A stretch of 64,000 nt of DNA from a virus. The position numbers were made by a program, and so were the translations under genes. The stretch lies in the IMG/VR virus record IMGVR_UViG_3300005662_000024; one strand, given 5' to 3'. Positions 20,327 to 30,803 of this stretch are shown one piece after another (position 1 is the first letter of the stretch; every line of letters starts with the position of its first letter). The notes below the pieces were generated by a model. The model was given only the letters and a program-made list of their open reading frames with translations, made no database searches and had not been told where the DNA came from.

Positions 20327-21456
20327 TAGAAGAAGATTGGTCAAAAAGAAATACAGATAATTTAAATTCTGATCCGTATCCTGTTTCTCCTGAAATAAAA
20401 GAAAAAGAAATATTAGAAATAGGACAATTTGAATCCGAGGAATTAGCTCCTGGTGTAGTTGTTATACATAATGTTTTTGATTTAGATCAAGAAAAAATCC
20501 TATCACATATAGATTCAAGAGTTGAAGTAGCAAATAAAAATAGATGGAAATGGATAACTGCAGAAGATGGTCAGGAATATGCCATAAACGAAGATGGATT
20601 TAGATATAGGCCAGAAGATGTCCCATCTGCTCCTGTTAGAATACTTGATCCAGTTAACCCAAATACAGAAAAAGAAATTAAAGATTGGTTTATTTATTTA
20701 GAAGATCAAATATATAAAGCCCTTATTAAATATATAGATTATTACCCTTTAATGATAGGATCGATTTGGTGGAAAACAAGAGGGCACATATTAAGATATG
20801 GTGATGGTGGAATACTCGGCTGCCATGCTGATAATGATACTAACTATAAGGTAACTAAAGGCATTAGGTATATGCCAAGAGGAATGGTGGCATCTAGGCA
20901 GACTTGTGGAGCTTTACTTTATCTAAATGACTGGGTTGAGACCGAAGAAGATTTAAATGGAAAGAATTTCACTGGTGGACATTTAAGATTTGTTCATTTA
21001 AATGTTTCATATAAACCAAAAAAGGGTGACGTAATATTTTTTCCAACTAATTATGTAGCAGCCCATGATGTAGAAAGAATGGGAAAAGGAGTAAGATACT
21101 CCTATCTGACATTCTTTGGCCAAGGTGCTAGTGATAAATCTGCCAATATAGTCATAAGTGAACCAGAAGAAAGCTTTGAATGGTGTCCTCCAGTTTGGTT
21201 TAATAATATATTTGATGACTACGAATACTACTGTAGATCTGAGCACTCTAGGTGGGAAAATAACGCTGAAAAATACGGGTTAGAAGCTGGATGGAATCCC
21301 GTATATCAAGGTAGAGAAGTTGCCCAGTATAGTAAGAGTCATGAAGCTGTTGAATTGAATAAGGAAGATTTAGAAGAAAATAAGAATAAGGTAGAAGAAC
21401 ACTCAGAAGACCTTCCAGAAGGACCATGTAATACGGTTCCGCAAAAAATAAAGTAG
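20323..21456 (+). CDS. 2OG-Fe(II) oxygenase
   Basis: HADND...YLND...FTGGHL.F...FPTNY..AH.V...RYSY. Confidence 0.85.
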   Translation: MIEEDWSKRNTDNLNSDPYPVSPEIKEKEILEIGQFESEELAPGVVVIHNVFDLDQEKILSHIDSRVEVANKNRWKWITAEDGQEYAINEDGFRYRPEDVPSAPVRILDPVNPNTEKEIKDWFIYLEDQIYKALIKYIDYYPLMIGSIWWKTRGHILRYGDGGILGCHADNDTNYKVTKGIRYMPRGMVASRQTCGALLYLNDWVETEEDLNGKNFTGGHLRFVHLNVSYKPKKGDVIFFPTNYVAAHDVERMGKGVRYSYLTFFGQGASDKSANIVISEPEESFEWCPPVWFNNIFDDYEYYCRSEHSRWENNAEKYGLEAGWNPVYQGREVAQYSKSHEAVELNKEDLEENKNKVEEHSEDLPEGPCNTVPQKIK

Positions 21457-21463
21457 AACTATT

Positions 21464-22387
21464 ATGGAAATAATCAACTTAGGTACTGGAATAGTTCTTT
21501 TTAGAAATGCAATTGATGTTGATCAAGATTTTATTATTCCATATTTGTATTCATTAAAAAATGAAGCAGTAAAAAAAGATTATACAATAATATATAATGA
21601 AAACGGAGTAGCCTCCCACGCTGTAAATAGATCTGGACACAGATATGTGATAGAAGATATAGAAACTTCATGTTCACATATTATGGAATTTGCTACTCCA
21701 GATAAAGATCAAAAATATATAGATTTTTTTACGAATTGTGAAAATTTAATATATAGTTGTTTATTGCGATATGTAGAAATTTTTCCTATGATACTTCCAT
21801 GTCTATGGTGGAGAACTCAAGGTCATATTGTTGCCTATTCTCCTGGTAGTAGCTTTGGTCTTCATTGCGATAATGATGTTAACTATAAACCAGGAGCGAT
21901 ACCAGATCAACAGCTTGCAATAAGAAATGTCGTTGGCGCTATAATGTACTTTAACAGTTCTTATGATTCACCTGAAGAAAAAGATAAGCATGGATATACT
22001 GGAGGACAAATATTTTTTCCATATGCAAACATTGAATATTCTCCAAAATCTGGAGATATCATAATGTTTCCTTCAAACTATTTGGCTACACATGAAGTTT
22101 TTCCATGTCAAGACGGCTATAGATATGGCTATGTTGGATACTTTGCACAAGGGTCTCCAGATGAAGAAAGAGGAATTCATATTAGAGATAAGTCTGATAT
22201 AGTAGATAGCGGACAAGTTTGGATGCCAGAGCTATTTGATGATTATATAGAATATGTTACAGGTAAATATGGCAACGATACCGATAAAATATCTACTCTT
22301 TTAAGAGCATCTGGTAGAATTAGTACAAGTAATAACACTAAACAAGAAGTGGAAAAAGAAAGAAATAAACAAAATGAGATTCAATGA
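21464..22387 (+). CDS. 2OG-Fe(II) oxygenase
   Basis: HCDND...YFN...YTGGQIFF...FPSNY..TH.V...RYGY. Confidence 0.85.
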   Translation: MEIINLGTGIVLFRNAIDVDQDFIIPYLYSLKNEAVKKDYTIIYNENGVASHAVNRSGHRYVIEDIETSCSHIMEFATPDKDQKYIDFFTNCENLIYSCLLRYVEIFPMILPCLWWRTQGHIVAYSPGSSFGLHCDNDVNYKPGAIPDQQLAIRNVVGAIMYFNSSYDSPEEKDKHGYTGGQIFFPYANIEYSPKSGDIIMFPSNYLATHEVFPCQDGYRYGYVGYFAQGSPDEERGIHIRDKSDIVDSGQVWMPELFDDYIEYVTGKYGNDTDKISTLLRASGRISTSNNTKQEVEKERNKQNEIQ

Positions 22388-23255
22388 CGTTAATGCAGAA
22401 CATTTAGGTGGCGGTGTTGTTCTTTTTAGAAACTGTATAGACTTAGATTGGGATTGGGTTCAAAGTAAGGTAGAGGGTTTTATTGAAGATGAGTGGAACG
22501 AGATGTATAAGCCTGGAATTGATCCAGAAACTGGACAAGAGATATACGTAAACAGAAGTGGCTATTTTTTTGGCCTAGATAGCATAAACCTAATGCCGAA
22601 GAGAGCATCTGCAACTCATCAAAGAAAAGACTCAGATGTTATGGAATTTCTTAAGTTTATGGAAGATTCAAAAGATAAATATCTTTTAAAATACTTAGAA
22701 TTATTTCCACTAGCCTTTAAGTGCATATGGTGGAAAGTTAAAGGACATTTTCTTAAGTATGTAAAGGGAGTTTACCTTGGTACTCATTCCGATGTAAGTG
22801 CAGATTATATATATGGAGTCTGGGAACCTAATGAGCAGCTAGCCCTTAGAAGTATGGTTACAAATCTTTTATACCTTAATGATCATGTTGATACCGAAGA
22901 AGAATTAAATGGTAAAAATTTTACTGGTGGAGAGCACTATTTTAATTATTTAGATATAACATATAAACCAAAAAAGGGAGACCTTTTAATGTTTCCTTCT
23001 AATTACATGGGAGCACATGAGGTTAAAATGGTATCCGGAGGAGTTAGGTACTCATATCTAGGATGGTATAGTCAAGGAACTCCAAATCCAGCTGTTAACG
23101 AAAGTGTAACAGATCCAATAAAAGACCCAACAAATGCACTTCACGACACAAATATCTACATGCCAACCCTTGCTCAAGATTTTAGAGAATATTTAAAATC
23201 AAAAGGTTATGACGAATCTTCTGATAAATATAGAATTACTCAATCAAATTATTAA
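22374..23255 (+). CDS. 2OG-Fe(II) oxygenase
   Basis: HSD...YLND...FTGGEHYF...FPSNY..AH.V...RYSY. Confidence 0.85.
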   Translation: MRFNDVNAEHLGGGVVLFRNCIDLDWDWVQSKVEGFIEDEWNEMYKPGIDPETGQEIYVNRSGYFFGLDSINLMPKRASATHQRKDSDVMEFLKFMEDSKDKYLLKYLELFPLAFKCIWWKVKGHFLKYVKGVYLGTHSDVSADYIYGVWEPNEQLALRSMVTNLLYLNDHVDTEEELNGKNFTGGEHYFNYLDITYKPKKGDLLMFPSNYMGAHEVKMVSGGVRYSYLGWYSQGTPNPAVNESVTDPIKDPTNALHDTNIYMPTLAQDFREYLKSKGYDESSDKYRITQSNY

Positions 23256-23256
23256 A

Positions 23257-24048
23257 ATGAATAAAAATAAAAAACCTATATCCATAATTATAAAACGTAA
23301 ATCAAATAATAGACCAGATGCAGGACACTGGGTTTTTAGTGAAATAGATAATAAATGGATAGAAAATTCTAATTTAATAGAAGAAATGAAATCTTTCTAT
23401 ACCCTAAGAAGAGAAGATGGAAGCAGTAAAGAAGTATTCCATGTAGATAGTTTTCCTAGACAAGGAAACACAACCTTAAGATCAATACTTCTTCAAGTAT
23501 TTCCAGATATACTGATACCAGATCCAATGGCTCATGTTACTTCTTCTACTTATGATCGCATAAAAAAAGGTGAAATAGTAATAAGTTCCATAAGAGACCC
23601 CCATGATGCGCTGAGTTCATTTATTAGCAGGACAATTTTTACGGATCAATTTAAAGATATTTATATAAGTAAAAATAAGATACCAAAAAAATGTATATTA
23701 TATTCTGTTAAATTTTATAATAGATATCTAGATTTTCTTATAGAAAATCAAAAACATGTTTATCTTATTCATTTTGATAAAATTGTAAAAATGCACACAG
23801 ACTACATTTGCTTTGAAGAATGTAATAATAAAATTCTTAAATTTTTTTCTGAAAAATATGATCTAAAATTTAAAAACGACAATAAGCCAAGACATGCTTC
23901 AATAAAGTATGATAGTTCAACTGACAACTATATTAAATCATTACTAATAACTAACAGATATTATTTAAGAAAAATTAAAAAATCTTACAAATTATATAAA
24001 AAAGCACTTGAAATAACTAATAAAAATGAAACACTATTTTCAGAATAA
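23257..24048 (+). CDS. sulfotransferase-like protein
   Basis: 5'-PSB-like SFPRQGNTTLR and 3'-PB-like IRDPHDALSS. Confidence 0.7.
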   Translation: MNKNKKPISIIIKRKSNNRPDAGHWVFSEIDNKWIENSNLIEEMKSFYTLRREDGSSKEVFHVDSFPRQGNTTLRSILLQVFPDILIPDPMAHVTSSTYDRIKKGEIVISSIRDPHDALSSFISRTIFTDQFKDIYISKNKIPKKCILYSVKFYNRYLDFLIENQKHVYLIHFDKIVKMHTDYICFEECNNKILKFFSEKYDLKFKNDNKPRHASIKYDSSTDNYIKSLLITNRYYLRKIKKSYKLYKKALEITNKNETLFSE

Positions 24049-24715
24049 TGCGCCAGACTCAGGTCCATGGATATATAGTGAAGAAAAAAACTTATGGATT
24101 GAGCCAAATATAAACAAAAATATAGACTGGGATAATTGGCCAGTTAGAAAAATAGATGAAAATACAACTGATATATTTTACGTAGATGGATTTCCTAGAC
24201 AAGCTACAAACACTTTTAGAAGAATGATCTTAGAGTGTTTTCCGACAATTGCAATTGTTGACGACATTTACCATATGGAGAATCCGTTTTATCAAAACAT
24301 TAAAATAGGTAAAAAATGTTTTTTAACAATAAGAGATCCATTAGACGCTATATCTTCTACATATGGATATACAAAAGCTGAAATAAATAACGAAACTATA
24401 CTTGACAGTATTATAAATTATTATCTTAGATTAACATCAATACCATTTAAGTTACCCTATACTTACAGTATAAGTGTAGTGGATTTTAATGATATAGTTA
24501 ATAGTCCATACTTAATTTTAAAAAAAATAAAAATAAAATTTAATATTGTAGAAGATAATCTACAAAAATATAAACATCTAGAAAAAACAAATATATATGA
24601 TAAAAACCATAACTTTACACAAAAAGAAGAAGTTATAAACTATCTAAAGCAAAATATACAAAAACTTGAAAAGTGCTATAATGTATATAATAGAATTAAA
24701 AAGGAAAAAATATGA
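24026..24715 (+). CDS. sulfotransferase-like protein (paralog)
   Basis: GFPRQATNTFR and IRDPLDAISS. Confidence 0.7.
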   Translation: MKHYFQNNAPDSGPWIYSEEKNLWIEPNINKNIDWDNWPVRKIDENTTDIFYVDGFPRQATNTFRRMILECFPTIAIVDDIYHMENPFYQNIKIGKKCFLTIRDPLDAISSTYGYTKAEINNETILDSIINYYLRLTSIPFKLPYTYSISVVDFNDIVNSPYLILKKIKIKFNIVEDNLQKYKHLEKTNIYDKNHNFTQKEEVINYLKQNIQKLEKCYNVYNRIKKEKI

Positions 24716-25494
24716 AAGTAAATAACCATGGTGGCGGTATAGTTTCTTTTGATAACGCCATAGAATTAGATAGAAATTTTTTTAATAGCTATATAAAGTG
24801 GCTTAGGGAAGCAGAAGAGGAAACATTTACATACTTAGAAGAAGATGGAAAAAAGTATGCAATAAACAAAACAGGTTTTAAATTTGAAATAAACGACATA
24901 CCAGAAGCTCCAGAAAGATTTGTTGACTTACTAGGAAAATCTTCAGGCAGAGAAGCTTCCGAAGAAGTAGTTAATTTTATAAAACAATGCGAAGATGCAC
25001 TGTATGAATGCCTTGTAGAGTACTGCGCTTTGTATCCTGAGGCTGCAACAACAATTTGGTGGAGAGGTTCAGCTCATATAGCTGGATACAATAAGGGTAG
25101 ATGGATTGGACCTCACTGTGATGATCAAATTCAATTTGAGTTTGATGGCCTTCCAAAAAATGAATATCCGATACACAATACTATAAGTTGTGCGCTATAT
25201 TTTAATGATTGTGTTGATTCAGAAGAAGATCTAAATGGAGATAATTTTGTTGGCGGTCATATAAAATTCAAATACGCAGGAGTAGATTTTAGCCCTAAAG
25301 CAGGATCAGCAGTTTTATATCCATCTAGTTACATGGGAACTCATGAAGTTACTCCAGTTACTAGTGGCGAAAGATATGTATACTTAGAATTTTTTGCATA
25401 CGGAATACCAAAAAATTCACCAGGAACAGACCTGAAGTATATGCCAAACCTGATAAAGGATTCTTTAGAAAAGAAAAATAAAAATGGAAATTAA
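24712..25494 (+). CDS. 2OG-Fe(II) oxygenase
   Basis: HCDD...YFND...FVGGHIKF...YPSSY.GTH.V...RYVY. Confidence 0.85.
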   Translation: MKVNNHGGGIVSFDNAIELDRNFFNSYIKWLREAEEETFTYLEEDGKKYAINKTGFKFEINDIPEAPERFVDLLGKSSGREASEEVVNFIKQCEDALYECLVEYCALYPEAATTIWWRGSAHIAGYNKGRWIGPHCDDQIQFEFDGLPKNEYPIHNTISCALYFNDCVDSEEDLNGDNFVGGHIKFKYAGVDFSPKAGSAVLYPSSYMGTHEVTPVTSGERYVYLEFFAYGIPKNSPGTDLKYMPNLIKDSLEKKNKNGN

Positions 25495-26317
25495 GAAACT
25501 TACCGGCAGCTTAGGGGCAGAAATATATGACGTAGATTTATCTAATCATATAGATGAAAATTTATTTAAACTAATAAATCAAGCTCTATTAGATAATCTT
25601 GTAATTGTTTTTAGAGATCAAAATTTGTCCCCTGAAAGACAAATCGAAATTAGTAAAATGTTTGGAGAACTTAATACCCATCCATATATAAAAGGAAATT
25701 CTAAATATCCAGAAATAATAGATGTTATTACAAATCCAGATGATACAGGAAATTTTGGTGGAGACTGGCACGCAGACGTAACGTTTTTGGATGAGCCAGA
25801 TGCAATAACTCTACTGTACGCAGTAGAACTGCCAAGTTATGGTGGAGATACTTTATTCTCTAATCAGATATTAGTTTATGAAAAAATGTCTGAAAAAATG
25901 AAAGAATTTATTGATAATCTTCACTCTAAGCATACTGTTGGATTAGTCTTTGGAAAAGGTGGATATTACTCTAACAATAACTTATCTGGAGTAGGGACAG
26001 ATAATCAATCAAAAGCAAATACTGAGGTAATACATCCATTGGTTGTGACTCATCCAGTTACAGGTAAAAAATCTCTTTATGTCAATTGGTCTTATACTAA
26101 TAGAATAGTTGAACTTTCAGTAGAGGAATCAAAGGCTATTTTAAAGTTACTTTTTGCGGCCTCTACAAAAGAAGTATTTACATGTAGGATAAAATGGGAA
26201 CCTGGAACTTTAGCGATATGGGATAATAGATCTGTAATACATAACGCCCTACATGATTACAAGGGTCAAAGAAGAGTTATGAGAAGAACTACAATAAAGG
26301 GTAAAAAGCCTTATTAG
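25484..26317 (+). CDS. tauD: TauD/TfdA family dioxygenase
   Basis: LGAEI..VDL, VIVFRDQ, WHADVTF, GGDTLF, HPLV..HP.TGKK.LYVN and WDNR...H...R motifs. Confidence 0.9.
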   Translation: MEIKKLTGSLGAEIYDVDLSNHIDENLFKLINQALLDNLVIVFRDQNLSPERQIEISKMFGELNTHPYIKGNSKYPEIIDVITNPDDTGNFGGDWHADVTFLDEPDAITLLYAVELPSYGGDTLFSNQILVYEKMSEKMKEFIDNLHSKHTVGLVFGKGGYYSNNNLSGVGTDNQSKANTEVIHPLVVTHPVTGKKSLYVNWSYTNRIVELSVEESKAILKLLFAASTKEVFTCRIKWEPGTLAIWDNRSVIHNALHDYKGQRRVMRRTTIKGKKPY

Positions 26318-26332
26318 ATCTAATGCTTCGAG

Positions 26333-26339
26333 TTACTAT
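26333..26339 (+). promoter_or_regulatory. candidate late-promoter motif TTACTAT
   Basis: Intergenic, before ATG 26368. Confidence 0.5.
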
Positions 26340-26367
26340 TACGGTAAACATCTAGAAGGTAGATTTA

Positions 26368-26655
26368 ATGTTATATAATTCTCCAATTTCTTACAGCCAA
26401 CCAAATATCTACTATTCTGGCCCTGTTGCAATATTAGCACCGTCATTAAATTCGCCAATTATTTTAAATAATTTAACTTTATTAGTATTTACATCTGAAG
26501 ACTATACTCAAGCAACTACTATAGCAGTAGTGGGCATAGACTACGCTCCTTCTGGTATACTTGAAGTGCAAGTGTTGGATGAAGATGTGCAGGCATTTAT
26601 TGGCGTTGATACAGTTAGCATTTCGGTATCCGGCACCGTTAGTGTTTCAGTATAG
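26368..26655 (+). CDS. hypothetical virion protein
   Basis: GAAGG RBS; first gene of the morphogenesis block. Confidence 0.55.
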   Translation: MLYNSPISYSQPNIYYSGPVAILAPSLNSPIILNNLTLLVFTSEDYTQATTIAVVGIDYAPSGILEVQVLDEDVQAFIGVDTVSISVSGTVSVSV

Positions 26656-26726
26656 TTTAGTAATTTAATTCAGTTATATCGCTACTATATCAGTAAACAT
26701 ATTTTTTTAAAATTAGTGAGGTTTTA

Positions 26727-27629
26727 ATGTCAATTTCTCCAATAATGATAAACGATACGGTACGTCTTAAGGTTAAATTTATAGACATTGACCCAGAGAC
26801 AGGGGAGCAGACAGAAGTTTCTCCAGTTTCAGTAAGCCTAACTATCGACAATTCCGCTGGCCAAGAAGTACTTAGTACTACTCCAGTACAGTTAAGTTCT
26901 TACGAGTATTATTATGACTACACCCCTACAGCAGCTGGTGAATATACAATAAGATTTGTTGGAGTTCTTTCTTCTGGAACATATGTTACAGTTAATCAAC
27001 AAATATATGTTAGTACACCAACTTCAGACTTTAAGCCTTCAGTAACACTTGGGGCAGACGAAGTGCTATATTTTGCTGCAGATGTAACTCCATTATACTT
27101 GGATCCAGAAGAGTTACTTCCGTTTTTTCCAGATGCTACGCTAATAGAAATAGGCGAATTGATTCATCATTATTCATCCGAGGTTAAGCAAATATATTCA
27201 ATTTCTGACGATAGGGATCTAGACCCAAGATTAAATTTTACCGCTTTAGAATACATAAAAGCTGCTGCCGCATGTGAGCTAAGTAGAACTTATGGTTACG
27301 GAGGAGAAGATGAACTTTCAGTTAAACTTGGTGATTTGTCTATAACAAATAGATCACTTCCAAGGACCGGAGTAAATAGAGGTAATGCGACAACTTGGTG
27401 CCAACTTGCTGCGGCTCTTAGGAAAGAGTTATTAGCAAGTAAGGTATCAATGAAGGGAGTTCAACCTAAAGGTCTTCCTACTAATTTTGTTCCAACAACA
27501 GGAAAGTCAATAGATCCAGAAACTGGACTAGTTGTTCACTTGAGCGATAGAGATCTATTAGGTCCAGGAAGAAAAAACACCATAGTCGATGACCCAATGC
27601 CAAAAAGAGGCTTAAGAAGTCGTGACTAA
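26727..27629 (+). CDS. putative head-tail adaptor/neck protein with N-terminal Ig-like domain
   Basis: YYYDYTP..AGEY Ig-like segment; SVKLGDLSIT motif typical of adaptors; gene position. Confidence 0.5.
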   Translation: MSISPIMINDTVRLKVKFIDIDPETGEQTEVSPVSVSLTIDNSAGQEVLSTTPVQLSSYEYYYDYTPTAAGEYTIRFVGVLSSGTYVTVNQQIYVSTPTSDFKPSVTLGADEVLYFAADVTPLYLDPEELLPFFPDATLIEIGELIHHYSSEVKQIYSISDDRDLDPRLNFTALEYIKAAAACELSRTYGYGGEDELSVKLGDLSITNRSLPRTGVNRGNATTWCQLAAALRKELLASKVSMKGVQPKGLPTNFVPTTGKSIDPETGLVVHLSDRDLLGPGRKNTIVDDPMPKRGLRSRD

Positions 27630-28002
27630 TTTATCTAGAACTTTCAAGGAAATTTTAAGAAAATGGGGTCATGACGTTCTTCTTCAGAGAAGACTAGATG
27701 ACAGCTATAATTATTCCTCAAGATTCGAAAGAGTTACAACTAGACATATGTATCCAGCTAATTCTGACTTGGTAAATATATTAAAAGAATCTTCAGAAGG
27801 AAATATTACTGATGCAGTTGAGTATATATACTATTTTGATTCATCAGTAAATCCAAGAACTGGAGATAGGATATATGAAAACATCCAAGGACATGCAGAT
27901 CCGAATTCTGTATATAGGATAGATTATGCAGTTCCAATGAGAGGTAGATTTGGCAAAATAGAGTATTGGGTTGCTGGAGCAACAAGAGAAACACCGGTGT
28001 AA
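27622..28002 (+). CDS. putative head closure/neck protein
   Basis: ILRKWGHDVLLQR...P.TGDRIYE...YRI..A.PMRG..G.IEYW; gene position. Confidence 0.5.
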   Translation: MTNLSRTFKEILRKWGHDVLLQRRLDDSYNYSSRFERVTTRHMYPANSDLVNILKESSEGNITDAVEYIYYFDSSVNPRTGDRIYENIQGHADPNSVYRIDYAVPMRGRFGKIEYWVAGATRETPV

Positions 28003-28003
28003 A

Positions 28004-29992
28004 ATGTCAATGTATTCAAACAATCAAAATGTAATATTTAAATATATTTTTAATTTAGATGGTGATTTTTATGACCCAATAGAAATCGACCAGAACTGGC
28101 AAACCAGAGACTCTCTTGCTACGCCTTATTATGGGCTAAATATAAATGATATAAAAATTTGGATAACAAAAGGACACAATGGTTCAGGTCCAATAGTTGA
28201 TGGCCCATTTGTTTATAACGCGCAGTCGGCAACTCCGGACTATGGTATACCAATATCTCAGCAGATTAATCAAAGTGGTAATGAAGATCTAAAAGATATA
28301 CTTCAAAATAATTACATAGAAAGAGAATCAGAAGGACTATATAATTTTTATTATAAGATACCAAATAATTTTTTTCCAGGAAAATATACAGTTGTTTTAA
28401 GAGCTTCAGTAGGTAATGCAGCAGAAGTTAGAGAATTATTTTTTGAAGTAGTTTCACAAGAAAATAAAAAACCAATACATATTCAATATAAAAAAATAGA
28501 AGATAATATAGTTACTTTGTCAACTATAGATAATCATTCTCTTAACAAAGAGGATGTAGTAACAATATATGGAGTTGATAATAAGATTGATGGAGTTCAT
28601 CAAGTTTTGTCTACTCCAAAGTCAAATGTTTTTACTATAAGCTTACAGTCAGAAGACTTAGATTTAACATTAGTTAATCCCACTGGTAGTGTTTTTAGAG
28701 ATAAAGATGGATCTCCAGTCGTTTTGAAAAATAATCCTTCCCTATCCACAAGTTCTCAAGTAAATGCAATATATAAGCCACTTCAACCATTTAGAACAAA
28801 CTCTGTTTTACTAATAGGACATGCAGATTCAGACGCACTGGCGATAAATGAGATAAAAAGAATATCTTCAATACAAGAAGCTATTAATCTATTTAATGGA
28901 AATAAAAATTCTCCATTACTTCAAGCAGTATTGAGCTGTCATGGAGCTGGGTGCACTGACATATATGTCATGATATCTGCTCCTATGAGCGAATATGTTG
29001 ATGACTATAATAAACTAAACACTCCTATAGCAGGTTTTGTTAGCGAAAAAGGAGCATCTCCATCTACTCTAAGTTTTTATGAAAAATATTATGAAAGACT
29101 TGAAGATACATATGAAATTGCAAAAGATTTTGATTTTATAGACATAGTTGTTCCTGTTGGCGTTTCTTTTATTAGATCTAATAATATTAATTTTGTTAGG
29201 CAATTAATGGATCTCTGTAGTTATTTATATATAAATTCATCAACAATAACAATAGGGATAATAGGATCTAGAACTGGCGGAATCAATCAAACAGATATAG
29301 AGACTATGTCTGATTCAAATTTTGTTTCAGAATTATATAAAGACGAAAATCAAAATATGCCGGAGTACATCGATCCAAACGATGGAAATATATTAGATCC
29401 AGGTAGACACATAATGTTGTACTATGGAGAAGCTATTTTTAATTATCCATTAATAGGATACTCTTATACTTCAAGTATCGCAGCCGCAGTCGCCGGCCAA
29501 ATATCTAATTGGCCAGTATATATGGGATTAAATAGAAAGCAATTAAAAGGCGCATACTCCCAATACGGTTCTGAGATAACGGCTTTTGAGGTAGCTAAGC
29601 TTCATAATAATAAGATAAATACATTAATAAAAAATAATAGAACTAGAAGAAATATTCCATATCAAGTTATTCTTTCTGAAGACTTAACTCTATCAAAAAA
29701 TCCTTCTATGTCAAACCTGCCAAGTGTTAGATTAACAGCTATGGTCATAAATGAGATACTTGGAATAGCAAATTCTACAATAGGTAAATTTTCTTATGAT
29801 ATAATTAAAGAAAAAATTCAATCTATGTTTAATACTCTTAAAAATACTACACCTTCTATAATTAGAGACTACAGATTTGAAATATACGCAGACAAAAAAC
29901 AAAAAGGTAAAATTTACTTAGAGATAGATATAACTGCATCTAATTCTTTAAAGAAAATTAATTTTAATATTTTAACAGGACCAGGAGCCTAA
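28004..29992 (+). CDS. tail-sheath-like protein with N-terminal extra domains
   Basis: C-terminal half parallels 30804..32090 (AAAVAG, LH...INT, VRL...VI..I...IG, IRDY.F, I.L.I....LKKI). Confidence 0.55.
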   Translation: MSMYSNNQNVIFKYIFNLDGDFYDPIEIDQNWQTRDSLATPYYGLNINDIKIWITKGHNGSGPIVDGPFVYNAQSATPDYGIPISQQINQSGNEDLKDILQNNYIERESEGLYNFYYKIPNNFFPGKYTVVLRASVGNAAEVRELFFEVVSQENKKPIHIQYKKIEDNIVTLSTIDNHSLNKEDVVTIYGVDNKIDGVHQVLSTPKSNVFTISLQSEDLDLTLVNPTGSVFRDKDGSPVVLKNNPSLSTSSQVNAIYKPLQPFRTNSVLLIGHADSDALAINEIKRISSIQEAINLFNGNKNSPLLQAVLSCHGAGCTDIYVMISAPMSEYVDDYNKLNTPIAGFVSEKGASPSTLSFYEKYYERLEDTYEIAKDFDFIDIVVPVGVSFIRSNNINFVRQLMDLCSYLYINSSTITIGIIGSRTGGINQTDIETMSDSNFVSELYKDENQNMPEYIDPNDGNILDPGRHIMLYYGEAIFNYPLIGYSYTSSIAAAVAGQISNWPVYMGLNRKQLKGAYSQYGSEITAFEVAKLHNNKINTLIKNNRTRRNIPYQVILSEDLTLSKNPSMSNLPSVRLTAMVINEILGIANSTIGKFSYDIIKEKIQSMFNTLKNTTPSIIRDYRFEIYADKKQKGKIYLEIDITASNSLKKINFNILTGPGA

Positions 29993-29993
29993 C

Positions 29994-30725
29994 ATGCCAC
30001 AAAATGCATTTAATATACCAGGCATAAATGAGAACGATGTTCTTACAGGTAGAGTTTATAGTGGGGATCCGCTTCAAGCAGCAGGTAATTTAAGTTATAT
30101 TGAATTTATAGCAACAGTAAAAGCTCTTTGGGAAAACGCTTATCCACAGATATATTTTGAAGCAGAAAGTAGTGGAGAAATAGCAAAGTATCCAATTATC
30201 ACTTATAACCTAGAACTAAAAAGAGCACACACTGCGGAGCCTAAACCAAGAACGAGATTTATACCAAAAGATGTAGACGAAATAATATATGGTCAAAGAT
30301 TTCAAAATATAGTTGGATTTAATGTAATGACTAGGGCTTCAACGGCTGATGTGCCGGGGGACGAAAATCCTGGGTATTGCGGTGCCGAGGCAGCAGATAG
30401 AATAATGGAAGTTTTTGAAGATTTTATGATGGAGCACACTCCAGTTTTTAAAAGATTAGGGGCTTCCGAATTAGTTTATTCTAGGAGAATGTCAGATTCT
30501 AAAGTAAATAGAAATGGCATAGACGTATGCAAAAGAACCGTTACCTACATGTTAACTACTGAAAAGTTAATATCTACAACAATATCAAGAATAGAAAAGA
30601 TTCTAGTGGACATAAGGACCTATATGGCCACTGAGCCAGAAAACTTAGTTCAAGCTACTCCAAACTTTGAAAATGTAGATATTAACATAATAGACCTATA
30701 TCAAACAGCCTCTCCAAATTATTAA
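29994..30725 (+). CDS. putative tail completion/terminator protein
   Basis: Lies between neck and sheath genes; YPIITY...GQRFQNIV.F...A...FEDFM. Confidence 0.45.
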   Translation: MPQNAFNIPGINENDVLTGRVYSGDPLQAAGNLSYIEFIATVKALWENAYPQIYFEAESSGEIAKYPIITYNLELKRAHTAEPKPRTRFIPKDVDEIIYGQRFQNIVGFNVMTRASTADVPGDENPGYCGAEAADRIMEVFEDFMMEHTPVFKRLGASELVYSRRMSDSKVNRNGIDVCKRTVTYMLTTEKLISTTISRIEKILVDIRTYMATEPENLVQATPNFENVDINIIDLYQTASPNY

Positions 30726-30751
30726 GGTAGTTTGTTTTTATAAGTTGGTTG

Positions 30752-30758
30752 TTACTAT
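30752..30758 (+). promoter_or_regulatory. candidate late-promoter motif TTACTAT
   Basis: Intergenic, before the sheath gene. Confidence 0.5.
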
Positions 30759-30803
30759 ATGATATGAGTTAAAATTTAGTACCGATATGGAGGTTAAAGC
30801 TAA

